Of a stretch of DNA of 64,000 bases, positions 1 through 8,816 are shown in pieces. Within the stretch, counting starts at the first letter, position 1, and every line of letters begins with the position of its first letter. The notes below the pieces were generated by a model. That model was not told where the DNA came from and searched no databases. It saw nothing but the letters and a program-made list of their open reading frames with translations. The stretch is from assembly GCA_005223075.1 (NCBI GenBank), contig NJBO01000003.1:9902-73901 (forward strand), given 5' to 3'. This DNA is from a candidate division TA06 bacterium B3_TA06. GTDB lineage: Bacteria > Hydrothermota > Tepidihabitantia > B3-TA06. The translations under genes and the position numbers were made by a program.

Positions 1-750
1 GTGCCGCAGGTGAACCCGTATCTGATGCGTACGACCGGTCACAAGCCAGAGCCGAAGGTATGAGACGCATCCGGCATAAACCCGCTCGAGCTTGAACCGG
101 GTGGCTGCCTCGCGCGAGGAGATAGGCGTTACCGTCATGCGCTTGCGGTCGAGGGTTGAGCGCCCGATGGGGGCAGCAATCTCACCCTCTTGCAATTCAA
201 ATCGTCCCCAGGCAAGAGCTGCATACTCCTTGCGCATCGAGCGCGCCCCGGTCTGCTTGGTCAGATCGCGAAGTGCTGTGTGGGTTTTGGCAAACAGAAT
301 AAGGCCAGTTGTGTCTTTGTCAAGTCTGTGGACAACTCCGGGCCGCACTTCACCCTTCTCACCTCTTGGTAAGTCACCGCAGTGCGCAAGTAAGGCGTTT
401 ATCAAGGTACCTGACGAATGTCCACGTGCCGGATGCACAACCATGTTCCGAGGTTTGTTTAAAAGGATTATGTGATCATCCTCGTACACGACGTTTAAAG
501 GAATCTCCTGAGGCTGCAGTGCCGCGTCTCGATCGGGGAGCACGAGCATCGCGTAAACCTCGTCACCGGAGGCAAGCTTCTGGGAAGGCTTGGCCCGCTG
601 CCCGTTCACCAGGATCTTACCCTCTTTGATGAGCTTTGCGGTCATGGAGCGCGAAAGACCGATGCCGGAGGTGATGAGGTAACGATCAAGCCTGGAACCT
701 GCCATCTTCCGGGAAACCGTTCGCTTGAACTCTCGCTCTACAAAGGGCAT
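1..750 (-). CDS. rluD: RluD/RluA-family 23S rRNA pseudouridine synthase (3' end runs off window start)
   Basis: Minus-strand ORF with ATG at 748-750, absent from ORF track because no stop lies in the window; translation MPFVEREFKRTVSRKMAGSRLDRYL... carries the RluA-family catalytic motif HRLDKDTTGL. Confidence 0.8.
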   Translation of the reverse strand, partial: MPFVEREFKRTVSRKMAGSRLDRYLITSGIGLSRSMTAKLIKEGKILVNGQRAKPSQKLASGDEVYAMLVLPDRDAALQPQEIPLNVVYEDDHIILLNKPRNMVVHPARGHSSGTLINALLAHCGDLPRGEKGEVRPGVVHRLDKDTTGLILFAKTHTALRDLTKQTGARSMRKEYAALAWGRFELQEGEIAAPIGRSTLDRKRMTVTPISSREAATRFKLERVYAGCVSYLRLWLVTGRTHQIRVHLRH

Positions 751-811
751 GCTTTACACCTGGGATGATTCTAACGCTAAGGTTGTTTCCAATTAACGAT
801 ACCCCATCCCT

Positions 812-1552
812 TTAAGATGTGTTACGGGGTGTGTTACGGGCACGAAGTGAGCGTTTCATGTGTTTGACGATTTCTGCGATCTTCGCCTTACCCAACGAGA
901 TGATTTCGGAGAGCTGCTCGTCGGATATCGGTTCGCGCTCGGCGGTGAGCTGCAGTTCTATAAGTTTCCCATCTTCCGTTCCTACGATGCTTGCATCCAC
1001 CTGGGCCTTGGAGTCCTCCTCGTAACAGAGATCGGCAATAACCTGGCCCTCCACGATACCTGCACTCACCGCGGCCACAAATCTTCGCAGGGGCAAACGT
1101 TTGAGGATTCCTTCGCTGTGGAGTCTCTCACATGCCTGATACAGGGCGCAGAACCCGGCGCATATCGCAAGGGTCCTGGTTCCGCCGTCCGCCTGAAGAA
1201 CGTCCGTGTCAACGATGAGGGTATTCTCTTCCAATCTTTGAAGATCGAACCCCATCCTTAAGGAACGACCTATGAGCCTTGAAATCTCTTGACTGCGGGC
1301 AGAAGGTCTGCCTCTACGTGCCTCGCGCTGGTTGCGCTCCGGGGTTGCGGCGGGGAGCATGCCGTACTCCGCGGTGATCCATCCCTGTCCTTGCCCCTCA
1401 AGCCAGGTAGGCACGCGCGGCTCAAGCGATACGGCTGCAAGCACCCTTGTTTCCCCTGCCTGGGCAAGACACGAACCTGGGGCGAACTTAAGATACCCTA
1501 ACTGGAATGAAAGCGGTCGGAGTTCTTGAGGCTTGCGGCCGTCAACCCTCAT
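812..1552 (-). CDS. rph: Ribonuclease PH
   Basis: 246-aa ORF with RNase PH-like core; C-terminus has tandem PRNT-PRNT encoded by the recurring cccgtaacac motif. Confidence 0.9.
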   Translation of the reverse strand: MRVDGRKPQELRPLSFQLGYLKFAPGSCLAQAGETRVLAAVSLEPRVPTWLEGQGQGWITAEYGMLPAATPERNQREARRGRPSARSQEISRLIGRSLRMGFDLQRLEENTLIVDTDVLQADGGTRTLAICAGFCALYQACERLHSEGILKRLPLRRFVAAVSAGIVEGQVIADLCYEEDSKAQVDASIVGTEDGKLIELQLTAEREPISDEQLSEIISLGKAKIAEIVKHMKRSLRARNTPRNTS

Positions 1553-2363
1553 GGTTCACACTAACCCGAATAACATCGTGCATCGGCTCGCCCAAAAAGC
1601 GCTCACCGATCGAGCGGAAGTTGGGGGAAAGGTCGGTAAGGTAGAAGCGGCATGAGCCGTGATGGGACGTATCGCGAAGCAGGTTCATCTTCTTCAGAAC
1701 CTCGTGTGCGGCCTGCGCGGTCTCATCTCCAGAATCAACCAGCTTCACCTTGTGCTCAAAGAATCTGTCAAGCGCAGGCGCAAGCAAGGGATAATGGGTG
1801 CAGCCCAGGAGCAGGGTGTCTATCTTATCATCTCTCAAGGAGGTAAGATACTCGGCGATGACCTGGTGTGTTACGTTCTTATCCACCCAGTCCTCCTCTA
1901 CCAGGGGAACGAAGAGTGGTGTTGACTTGGCTATAACCCGTGCGTTGGGGTCTGCGGCAAGGATAGCACGTTCGTATTCTCCGGCAGAGATGGTGGCAGG
2001 CGTGCCTATCACACCTATACGGCGATTCTTAGAGGCCTTCGTAGCTGCCCGCGCCCCAGGCTCTATCACGCCGATGATGGGAAGCTTGAAGTCCTTCTTG
2101 AGGAATGGCAAGGCCGCAGAGGTCGCCGAATGACAGGCAACGATCACCATCTTAACCTGACGTTCAATGAGGAACTCGGTATCCTCGTGTGCGAAGCGGC
2201 GGATAGTCTCGGCAGATTTGGTTCCATAAGGCAAGCGGGCAGTATCGCCAAGGTAGACGATCTCCTCTGATGGGAGAAGCTCGGCAAGCGAACGCACCAC
2301 GGTAAGCCCGCCTATACCTGAATCAAATACACCTATGGGTTGATCCGCGTTTAATTTACTCAT
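1542..2363 (-). CDS. murI: Glutamate racemase
   Basis: 273 aa; motifs GVFDSGIGGLTV and GCTHYPLL; stop overlaps rph start. Confidence 0.9.
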   Translation of the reverse strand: MSKLNADQPIGVFDSGIGGLTVVRSLAELLPSEEIVYLGDTARLPYGTKSAETIRRFAHEDTEFLIERQVKMVIVACHSATSAALPFLKKDFKLPIIGVIEPGARAATKASKNRRIGVIGTPATISAGEYERAILAADPNARVIAKSTPLFVPLVEEDWVDKNVTHQVIAEYLTSLRDDKIDTLLLGCTHYPLLAPALDRFFEHKVKLVDSGDETAQAAHEVLKKMNLLRDTSHHGSCRFYLTDLSPNFRSIGERFLGEPMHDVIRVSVNHEG

Positions 2364-2456
2364 AATCCGTTTTCATTATGCCTCTATCAGGCCAATTTTA
2401 CGAGTTTCTCGATTCGACGCAACCTTTCCCAAAATGGTGGTGTTACGGGTTACGGG

Positions 2457-3806
2457 TTACGGGTTGACGCAATCAGACACCCCTTTGGCAATGCCTTCGG
2501 CTATCCTCTGGCGATAGGAGGACTGGCGAATCTTCGCCTCCTCTGTCGCGTTGGTCAAAAACCCGCCCTCGACGAGCACGGCAGGCATCGAGCAGCCCTT
2601 GAGCACGTAGAAGCCGGCCTGGTTAAGACCACGATTCGCAAAGCCGGTCTTGGCCGCTGACGCGTCCTGTATGTATCCGGCAAGCTCCTCGGACTCCCTC
2701 TGAAACCTGTTGGTAAGAAGGGCGGCGATGATGTCGTTGAGCACCGCATCTGGATTGTAGGCCTTCTCACCGATGTCGTACTTGAGCGATGCGTTCTCGC
2801 GCAGGGCCACATTCTTTGCATACTCAAGCCGATGCATTCCCAAAAAGTAGGTCTCGAACCCTGAAGGTGAGGAGGAGTTGTTGGCGTTGAAGTGGATGCT
2901 TATGAACAAATCAGCCTTTTTTTGGTTGGCGAACTTTGTGCGGTCGGCAAGTGGAACATACTTATCTGTGGTGCGCGTCATGTAAACGGTGTGCCCTTGA
3001 GCCTGGAGAAGCTTCTTTAACCGCAGAGATGTGTCCAGGGTCAAGACCTTTTCCTTGGTGCCCTTACGGCCTATAGCCCCCGGGTCCTTTCCTCCGTGTC
3101 CCGGGTCTATCACTATCACCAGCTTGCGCTTTGCCACAGGTTGCGTAACCACCGCCTTGCTCGTAAACGTAACCTGGACCCCGTTGGGGATACCCTTGGA
3201 GGCAATCGTGACCTCCTTGGAGAATTTCAGATCGATAGTCGTTTTGTTATTTTGGTTCTTAAGGGTTACAGAACTCACCAGACCTGTAGGACTTATCTCA
3301 TTTACATTGGAGCTGGCACCGACCTTGAGGGTCACCGAGGTTGCGGAGCGCTCGATAACCTCGCAGGCGATGCCGCCTGAGGCCAGAATCCGGATGGTGG
3401 TCGGATCAGAGCCGGAAAGGATTATCTTTTCTATCTTTATATCTTCCGAGGGCTTAAGCTGCGATGGGGAGATGCTGAAGATGCGATCAAGCATCTCAAC
3501 CGGTATGTAGAGGTTTACCCCGTCCCAGCCGATAGGCTCAGGCAGATGGATGCCTGCCTGGTTATCTATAACCACCGTGCGGTTTGAAGCGGTAAAGACG
3601 TACGTGTGACCGGCATAAACCAGCACCCCCTTCTTCTTTGCCGCAACCCAGGCATGCCTGGAACCTGTCTTAGCTGCAAACTCGGCTAAGGTAACCGACT
3701 CCCTGCCGTCGTAAGTGACGGTATTCATTGTCTTGCCCGCAAAGGTGACTGTGCCCGCCTCAAGAACAAACAAGACGAGCAGGGAGAGCACAAGCACGCG
3801 TCTCAC
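2457..3806 (-). CDS. N-acetylmuramoyl-L-alanine amidase (Amidase_3, AmiC-like), secreted
   Basis: 449 aa; N-terminal signal peptide; C-terminal core VIDPGHGGKDPGA...ISIHFNA; start overlaps smpB stop (ATGA). Confidence 0.85.
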   Translation of the reverse strand: MRRVLVLSLLVLFVLEAGTVTFAGKTMNTVTYDGRESVTLAEFAAKTGSRHAWVAAKKKGVLVYAGHTYVFTASNRTVVIDNQAGIHLPEPIGWDGVNLYIPVEMLDRIFSISPSQLKPSEDIKIEKIILSGSDPTTIRILASGGIACEVIERSATSVTLKVGASSNVNEISPTGLVSSVTLKNQNNKTTIDLKFSKEVTIASKGIPNGVQVTFTSKAVVTQPVAKRKLVIVIDPGHGGKDPGAIGRKGTKEKVLTLDTSLRLKKLLQAQGHTVYMTRTTDKYVPLADRTKFANQKKADLFISIHFNANNSSSPSGFETYFLGMHRLEYAKNVALRENASLKYDIGEKAYNPDAVLNDIIAALLTNRFQRESEELAGYIQDASAAKTGFANRGLNQAGFYVLKGCSMPAVLVEGGFLTNATEEAKIRQSSYRQRIAEGIAKGVSDCVNP

Positions 3807-4243
3807 AGCCCAATCCTCCTTACTTCGCGCTCCATGGCGCGGCGCTTAAGCGTCTCGCGCTTGTCAATTCTCTGCTTGCCCCGGCAGACGCCTATCAAAA
3901 GCTTGGCAATCCCGCGGTCGCTGAAGTAGAGCCTGAGGGGAATTAGCGTGTAGCCTCTGCGCTGGGTCTTGCCGTAGAGCTTCTTTAACTCATGGCTATG
4001 CAGAAGAAGCTTGCGCTTGCGCAGTGGTTCGGGGACGTCGAACGTTGCCTTTCTGTACGCTGCGATGTGCATTCCCACGATGTATGCTTCGCCTTCCTGG
4101 ATTATGCAGTATGCCTCCTTAATCGATGCCTGATGGTCACGCAGGGACTTGACCTCCGAGCCTACGAGCACAACCCCTGCTTCTAAGGTATCCTCTATGA
4201 AGTAGTCGTGCCGTGCCCGGCGGTTCTCAGCTATGACGTTCAT
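3803..4243 (-). CDS. smpB: SsrA-binding protein
   Basis: 146 aa, MNVIAENRRARHDYFIEDTLEAGVVLVGSEVKSLR typical SmpB N-terminus. Confidence 0.9.
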   Translation of the reverse strand: MNVIAENRRARHDYFIEDTLEAGVVLVGSEVKSLRDHQASIKEAYCIIQEGEAYIVGMHIAAYRKATFDVPEPLRKRKLLLHSHELKKLYGKTQRRGYTLIPLRLYFSDRGIAKLLIGVCRGKQRIDKRETLKRRAMEREVRRIGL

Positions 4244-4248
4244 GTAAA

Positions 4249-4277
4249 AGTGTAGTCTAGAAATGGGCTTCTGTCAA
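4249..4277 (-). promoter_or_regulatory. Putative sigma70-type promoter abutting smpB start (leaderless-type)
   Basis: Minus strand reads TTGACA-N17-TACACT, then 5 nt to the smpB ATG (4241-4243). Confidence 0.4.
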
Positions 4278-4392
4278 CCCTTGCGGACTTTTGCGCTCCT
4301 CGATTTGGAAAATAAAGGGGTAAAATCGTGCCACGATTAAAGATAAACATGCTACAAACTCGTCAGGTTTACATTGCACTCGTCACGATTAT

Positions 4393-4428
4393 GGGGTCCC
4401 CGCAAGAGCGCGAAGCGATCTTGTGGGG
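4393..4428 (+). repeat. R1 hairpin repeat (GGGGTCCCCGC...GTGGGG family)
   Basis: ggggtccccgcaagagcgcgaagcgatcttgtgggg; one of 8 copies with conserved termini and variable internal stem. Confidence 0.7.
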
Positions 4429-4526
4429 TAAAAAAAAAGCTGGTCAAAAGGTAGTCAAAAGCTGGACAAAAGATGGTCAGAAGTTGGACAAAATTAGAGT
4501 GATTTGGGAAGTTCTCTGGGTTTTTT

Positions 4527-4646
4527 GTCATTGCGAGGTTGCTCGGAGCAACCGAAGCAATCTATTACCTTCGGATTGGGTTGCGAGAAGGAAATGCTCC
4601 TTTGATTGAGATTGCTTCGACTTCTGGGGGAAGTCTCGCAATGACA
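4527..4646. repeat. R7 MITE-like element with 11-bp terminal inverted repeats GTCATTGCGAG/CTCGCAATGAC
   Basis: TIRs at 4527-4537 and 4634-4644; second copy at 46172-46280 shares the TIRs and internal ttgagattgcttc. Confidence 0.6.
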
Positions 4647-4689
4647 CCCCCTCTTTAATTCTCCCCCATCAAGGGGGAGGTAATTATAT

Positions 4690-4730
4690 GCTCCTTTTTA
4701 CCTAGCGGTAAAAAGATCGCAGTATAGAAC
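4690..4730 (+). repeat. R8 hairpin repeat (GCTCCTTTT-variable hairpin-AAAAGATCGCAG)
   Basis: gctcctttttacctagcggtaaaaagatcgcag; family has 5 copies with compensatory stem changes. Confidence 0.6.
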
Positions 4731-4737
4731 TGTCCTA

Positions 4738-4773
4738 GGGGTCCCCGCGGCGTTACGTAGTAACGGCGTGGGG
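4738..4773 (+). repeat. R1 hairpin repeat
   Basis: ggggtccccgcggcgttacgtagtaacggcgtgggg. Confidence 0.7.
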
Positions 4774-4780
4774 TAATAGT

Positions 4781-4864
4781 TCCCCCTCCCTTTGTGGACA
4801 GTGTGCCCCTTGGGGTGCTAACTTTACTGCACCCCATAGGGTAGGGGGATAAAGGGGGAGGGGA
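4781..4864 (-). repeat. R2 ~85-bp MITE-like element
   Basis: Reverse complement matches the copies at 10334-10428 and 59613-59697 (cccctccccctt.atccccctaccctatggggtgcagtaaa.ttggcaccccaaggggcac.ctgtccacaaagggagggggaac). Confidence 0.7.
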
Positions 4865-4977
4865 ATTTTAGACTGACGTACTATCATCTGTCTCCTCCCC
4901 CTTGATGGGGAAGGTGTTTTTCACCCCACGCGTTTACTTCGCAGCCGCGCGGGGAGCCCGAGGATAAAATCCATAGC

Positions 4978-5011
4978 TTCTGCGATCTTTTGCCCGCAGG
5001 GCAAAAGGAGC
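4978..5011 (-). repeat. R8 hairpin repeat (reverse orientation)
   Basis: cttctgcgatcttttgcccgcagggcaaaaggagc. Confidence 0.55.
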
Positions 5012-5071
5012 AATAGAACTACTTGACAACCCCTCAAGTTTGGCCTATATTATAACATAAACCAGCCCTTT

Positions 5072-5107
5072 GGGGTCCCCTCGCGAAAGCGAAGCTTTCG
5101 TGCGGGG
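5072..5107 (+). repeat. R1 hairpin repeat
   Basis: ggggtcccctcgcgaaagcgaagctttcgtgcgggg. Confidence 0.7.
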
Positions 5108-5125
5108 TAATGAAAGGAGGAAATC

Positions 5126-6529
5126 ATGAAGAGGTTTTCCCTAATCCTTATCCTGGCGAGTGTGGCGCTTGCAGTGATACCCACACAACTGGTCGCTGGC
5201 TGGTGGAGGACGTATGGAGGGGCAGAAAATGACGTAGGAAGATGCGTCAGGCAGACCCCTGATGGTGGCTACATAGTCCTTGGGCACACCTACTCTTTTC
5301 AAGGAGGCCCTATGTGGCTACTAAAGCTGGACCCCAACGGTGATACAGTTTGGACTAGACTCTATAACGGTAGCGCCGAGAATATCTACCTGACCAGCGA
5401 CGGGGGATATCTCATAGCGGGCGGGAAAAACGACAATCTCTGGTTGTTAAAGCTAAAAGAAAATGGGGACACTTCGTGGACTCGCACGTACGGAAAAGAT
5501 AGTTTGTTGGATTATGGTATTGCTGCATTCGAGACTGAAGATGGCGGATATATGCTTTTCGGAAGGACAGAATCCTTTGCAACGAATGAATGGGACGAAG
5601 ATGTTTGGATGTTGAGGACGGATGCCAAGGGAGATACTTTATGGACTAAGATCTACGGGGGAGAAGAAGATGACATACTTCGTTGTGTTCACCCCACTCA
5701 CCAAAAAGGAAAAGGCTACATAATGCTCGTTACGGCATATTCTTATATGGGTGATCAATTGGTTAAAGTCGACACGGCAGGCGAAGTACAATCTGAAGGT
5801 GAAGTATGGGTAGGTCTGCACACAGTATATATGAATGATGTTGTAAACGGCTATCTCGTCACATGTTGGGTTCATCCTAGTGGTGGGGAGTATAATATTT
5901 CCGATATCTATTTAGCCAAAACGGAATTTGGAAGCCTGGAACTTTATGAATGGGATGTATCTTGGGGGTCGGAATACTACGACTTAGGATATTACGTTGC
6001 ACTCACTAACGATTTTAGTTGTGTTGTCACCGGAGTATGGGGAGAAAATGGTCCTTCAGAAGGGGATCTTTTCCTGGCCAAAAGAGATCTTTGGGATGGC
6101 TGGGGGGTCTGGCAACGTATATATGGGGGTGACTCCTCCGAGTGGGGCAATTTCGTAGAACAAACAAGTGACGAAGGCTACATTGTGGTAGGGGGAACAG
6201 AATCATTCGGAGCAGGGGGAAGTGATATCTATATACTCAAAACTGACTCGTTAGGTTATGTCGGAGTAGAAGAGGAATCGGTTGCGGATAGGTGTGTTAC
6301 GGACTGGGATGCTACTCCCATCGGCCGCGAGATTATGCTGATGTATAAGGATAGGCCGGAAGGTTTCCACGCCGCTGTTTTCGACGAGTCGGGTCAAAAG
6401 GTTGACGAGTTGCACTCAACCCTGCACTCTGGCAGCGTGATGTGGGGTGAGGGGCACTCACCGGGTGTCTACTTCATTATGCCCACAGACGGGGAGTTGT
6501 CTAAACAGAAGGTGATCCTGATTCGATAG
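5126..6529 (+). CDS. Secreted repeat protein with T9SS-type C-terminal sorting domain
   Basis: 467 aa; SD gaaaggagg; N-terminal signal peptide; ~48-aa internal repeats (DGGY...G.T.SF...W.LKLD.NGDT.WT); C-terminus GVYFIMPTDGELSKQKVILIR resembles the CTD of the 50151-51796 gene. Confidence 0.6.
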   Translation: MKRFSLILILASVALAVIPTQLVAGWWRTYGGAENDVGRCVRQTPDGGYIVLGHTYSFQGGPMWLLKLDPNGDTVWTRLYNGSAENIYLTSDGGYLIAGGKNDNLWLLKLKENGDTSWTRTYGKDSLLDYGIAAFETEDGGYMLFGRTESFATNEWDEDVWMLRTDAKGDTLWTKIYGGEEDDILRCVHPTHQKGKGYIMLVTAYSYMGDQLVKVDTAGEVQSEGEVWVGLHTVYMNDVVNGYLVTCWVHPSGGEYNISDIYLAKTEFGSLELYEWDVSWGSEYYDLGYYVALTNDFSCVVTGVWGENGPSEGDLFLAKRDLWDGWGVWQRIYGGDSSEWGNFVEQTSDEGYIVVGGTESFGAGGSDIYILKTDSLGYVGVEEESVADRCVTDWDATPIGREIMLMYKDRPEGFHAAVFDESGQKVDELHSTLHSGSVMWGEGHSPGVYFIMPTDGELSKQKVILIR

Positions 6530-6779
6530 ACTAAAATGTGGCGCAGACTCTCCAGTCTGCGCGTTTATTCTCTCCATCAGAACAGGCTGGAGAGCCTGTT
6601 CCACAGTCTAAGAACCCGTTGACAGTGCTTGACATGCATGTCACTGCTTCCTATACTCCGAGTGTGAAAAACTTCCCTCGTAAAGTAATCACCCTCCTCT
6701 CTTATCCCCTACCCGACTGCCCCAGACGGTGGGATTAACAGGGCACGCTGTCCCGTTGAGGGAGGGGAAGATCAGAACT

Positions 6780-7040
6780 GAGCCAATCAAAGGTTGACTA
6801 TCGTATTGTATCTCCTCCTTGACCGGGGACGAAGTGCCCCCGTCGGGTAGAATTAAAGAGGGGGTGACTCCCCCTCCTTGGTGGAGGGGATCGACGTTTA
6901 CGTCGGGGGGAGGGGGAAAATATCCACCCCCACCCTACCCTCCCCCGTAAAGGGGGAGGTGAGTAACTGGTACTTGGTAGGATAAAAGAATACCCCTCCC
7001 TTGACGGGAGGGGATAAAGGGGAGGGTGATACCCTCCGGC
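6780..7040. repeat. Cluster of short C-run/G-run hairpins (CCTCCCCC-loop-GGGGGAGG type)
   Basis: agggggtgactccccct, cgacgtttacgtcg, cctcccccgtaaagggggagg, cccctcccttgacgggagggg; related hairpins near 4661-4690 and 10265-10330. Confidence 0.6.
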
Positions 7041-7062
7041 CGTTTCAGGAAGGAAATAACGG

Positions 7063-7090
7063 TTGACACCCGCGTCTGCCTACCTATACT
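7063..7090 (+). promoter_or_regulatory. Putative promoter TTGACA-N16-TATACT ending 6 nt before nadE start
   Basis: ttgaca 7063-7068, tatact 7085-7090; nadE GTG at 7097. Confidence 0.45.
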
Positions 7091-7096
7091 GCGCAT

Positions 7097-8776
7097 GTGG
7101 ATAGGTTCCCAAAGATAGCGCTGTGCCAGATCAACCCGACGGTGGGCGATCTACGCGGCAACGCGGCAAAGATAGTCGAATGGATCAAAAATGCCGAGGG
7201 ACAAGAGGCTGAGTTAATAGTCTTCCCTGAGCTTGTCCTTACCGGCTACCCGCCAAAAGATTTATTGCTCAAGACCCGCTTCCTTGAAGAACAGCGCCAG
7301 AGGCTTACCGAGATCGCTAAGATCACAGGTGATACTCCGGTCATCGTGGGCTGCGTGGATTTTACGCCTCGTAAGGAGGTGCGAGGCCAGAACCTATACG
7401 ACCTTTCGGCTCGAATAAGTGAGGGAAGAAGACTTTACAATGCCGCGGCAGTCCTTCGAGATGGCAAGGTTGAACGCTTCATTCATAAGAAATACCTACC
7501 TAATTATGACGTATTCGACGAAAAAAGGTACTTTGAAAGTCAATTCTGGCGCCAGAATCCTGTAATCGCCCTAAGGAACGGAACCAATGTGATGATTACT
7601 ATTTGCGAGGATATCTGGGTCGATAGAATTCTGAGTAAAATAAATTGGGCGAAATCGGACAAAGGTGCCGATCTCTTAGTAAACATCTCCGCCTCGCCCT
7701 TCTACGCCCGCAAGTTTCAAGCCAGGCTGGACTTATTGTCAACCAGAGCAAAGGAAGCCGGTCTGCCCCTTATCTACGTCAACATGATCGGCGGCCAGGA
7801 CGATTTGATCTTCGACGGTCGTAGCCTGGTGGTGGATGCAGGTGGCAGGATTGTAGGATTGGCCAAGGGATTTAAGGAGGATTTGTTTGTATACAATGGT
7901 GAGGATAAGGAAGTTAAACCTGAGATTGAGGAGGTGGGTGAAATCTGGCACGCGTTAACCCTGGGCCTGGGCGACTACGCTCATAAGAACAGCTTTTCAA
8001 AGGCTGTTCTCGGCGTCTCAGGGGGTATCGACTCGGCCCTAGTCGCCGCCTTAGCATCCGAGGCATTGGGGCCGGAGAACGTTCTGGGTCTGGTCATGCC
8101 CTCCAGCTACACCTCAAAACAGAGTCTCAAGGATGCTTTACTCCTATGCAACAACCTGGGCATCAAGACCGAACCCATATCCATAGACCCCCTGTTCGAG
8201 ACCTATCTTGCCACCCTGAAGGACCACTTCGCGGGCCAGGAACCCGACAACACCGAGCAGAACATCCAGGCGCGCATAAGGGGCAACCTTCTGATGGCAT
8301 TTTCCAACAAGTTCGGGTATCTGGTGCTGGCCACCGGCAACAAGTCTGAGCTTGCCGTGGGTTACGCAACTTTATATGGCGACATGTCAGGCGGTTTGGC
8401 TCCCATAGGTGACGTGCCCAAAACCACAGTCTATGCGCTTGCCCGCTGGCTCAACGAGCGTGAGCAGACCGACCAGATCCCCATCGGTATCCTGGAGCGC
8501 GCCCCATCTGCAGAGCTTGCGCCTGATCAAAAGGATGCCGACGACCTGCCGCCCTACGAGCTGCTGGATCGGGTGCTTGAGCTTTATATTGAAGAGAACC
8601 TATCCTCCAAGGAGATTATAGCTAAGGGATTCGATGAGGGACTGGTGCGCTCGATTATCAGCCGGATTGACCATTCCGAGCACAAACGTCGCCAGGCCGC
8701 ACCGGTATTGAAAATCACTCCAAGAGCATTCGGTTTTGGCAGAAGAATGCCGATAACGAATAGGTACGAGGGGTAG
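7097..8776 (+). CDS. nadE: Glutamine-dependent NAD+ synthetase
   Basis: 559 aa; N-terminal CN-hydrolase domain plus C-terminal NAD synthetase domain (GVSGGIDSALVAALA P-loop-like motif); GTG start. Confidence 0.9.
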   Translation: MDRFPKIALCQINPTVGDLRGNAAKIVEWIKNAEGQEAELIVFPELVLTGYPPKDLLLKTRFLEEQRQRLTEIAKITGDTPVIVGCVDFTPRKEVRGQNLYDLSARISEGRRLYNAAAVLRDGKVERFIHKKYLPNYDVFDEKRYFESQFWRQNPVIALRNGTNVMITICEDIWVDRILSKINWAKSDKGADLLVNISASPFYARKFQARLDLLSTRAKEAGLPLIYVNMIGGQDDLIFDGRSLVVDAGGRIVGLAKGFKEDLFVYNGEDKEVKPEIEEVGEIWHALTLGLGDYAHKNSFSKAVLGVSGGIDSALVAALASEALGPENVLGLVMPSSYTSKQSLKDALLLCNNLGIKTEPISIDPLFETYLATLKDHFAGQEPDNTEQNIQARIRGNLLMAFSNKFGYLVLATGNKSELAVGYATLYGDMSGGLAPIGDVPKTTVYALARWLNEREQTDQIPIGILERAPSAELAPDQKDADDLPPYELLDRVLELYIEENLSSKEIIAKGFDEGLVRSIISRIDHSEHKRRQAAPVLKITPRAFGFGRRMPITNRYEG

Positions 8777-8816
8777 TAGGTAATGATTAAAAGCTCTTCC
8801 AAAAAGGAGGAAGGCA

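Noticed and set aside
92-629. Plus-strand ORFs at the start of the window
   Set aside because: Antisense to the well-supported rluD-like gene on the minus strand
4655-4837. ORFs translating as MGCSK(I/V)G.PRGTLST.GGGT (also 10370-10645 and 59639-59839)
   Set aside because: They coincide exactly with copies of the R2 repeat in both orientations; best explained as a repeat read in-frame, not a protein family
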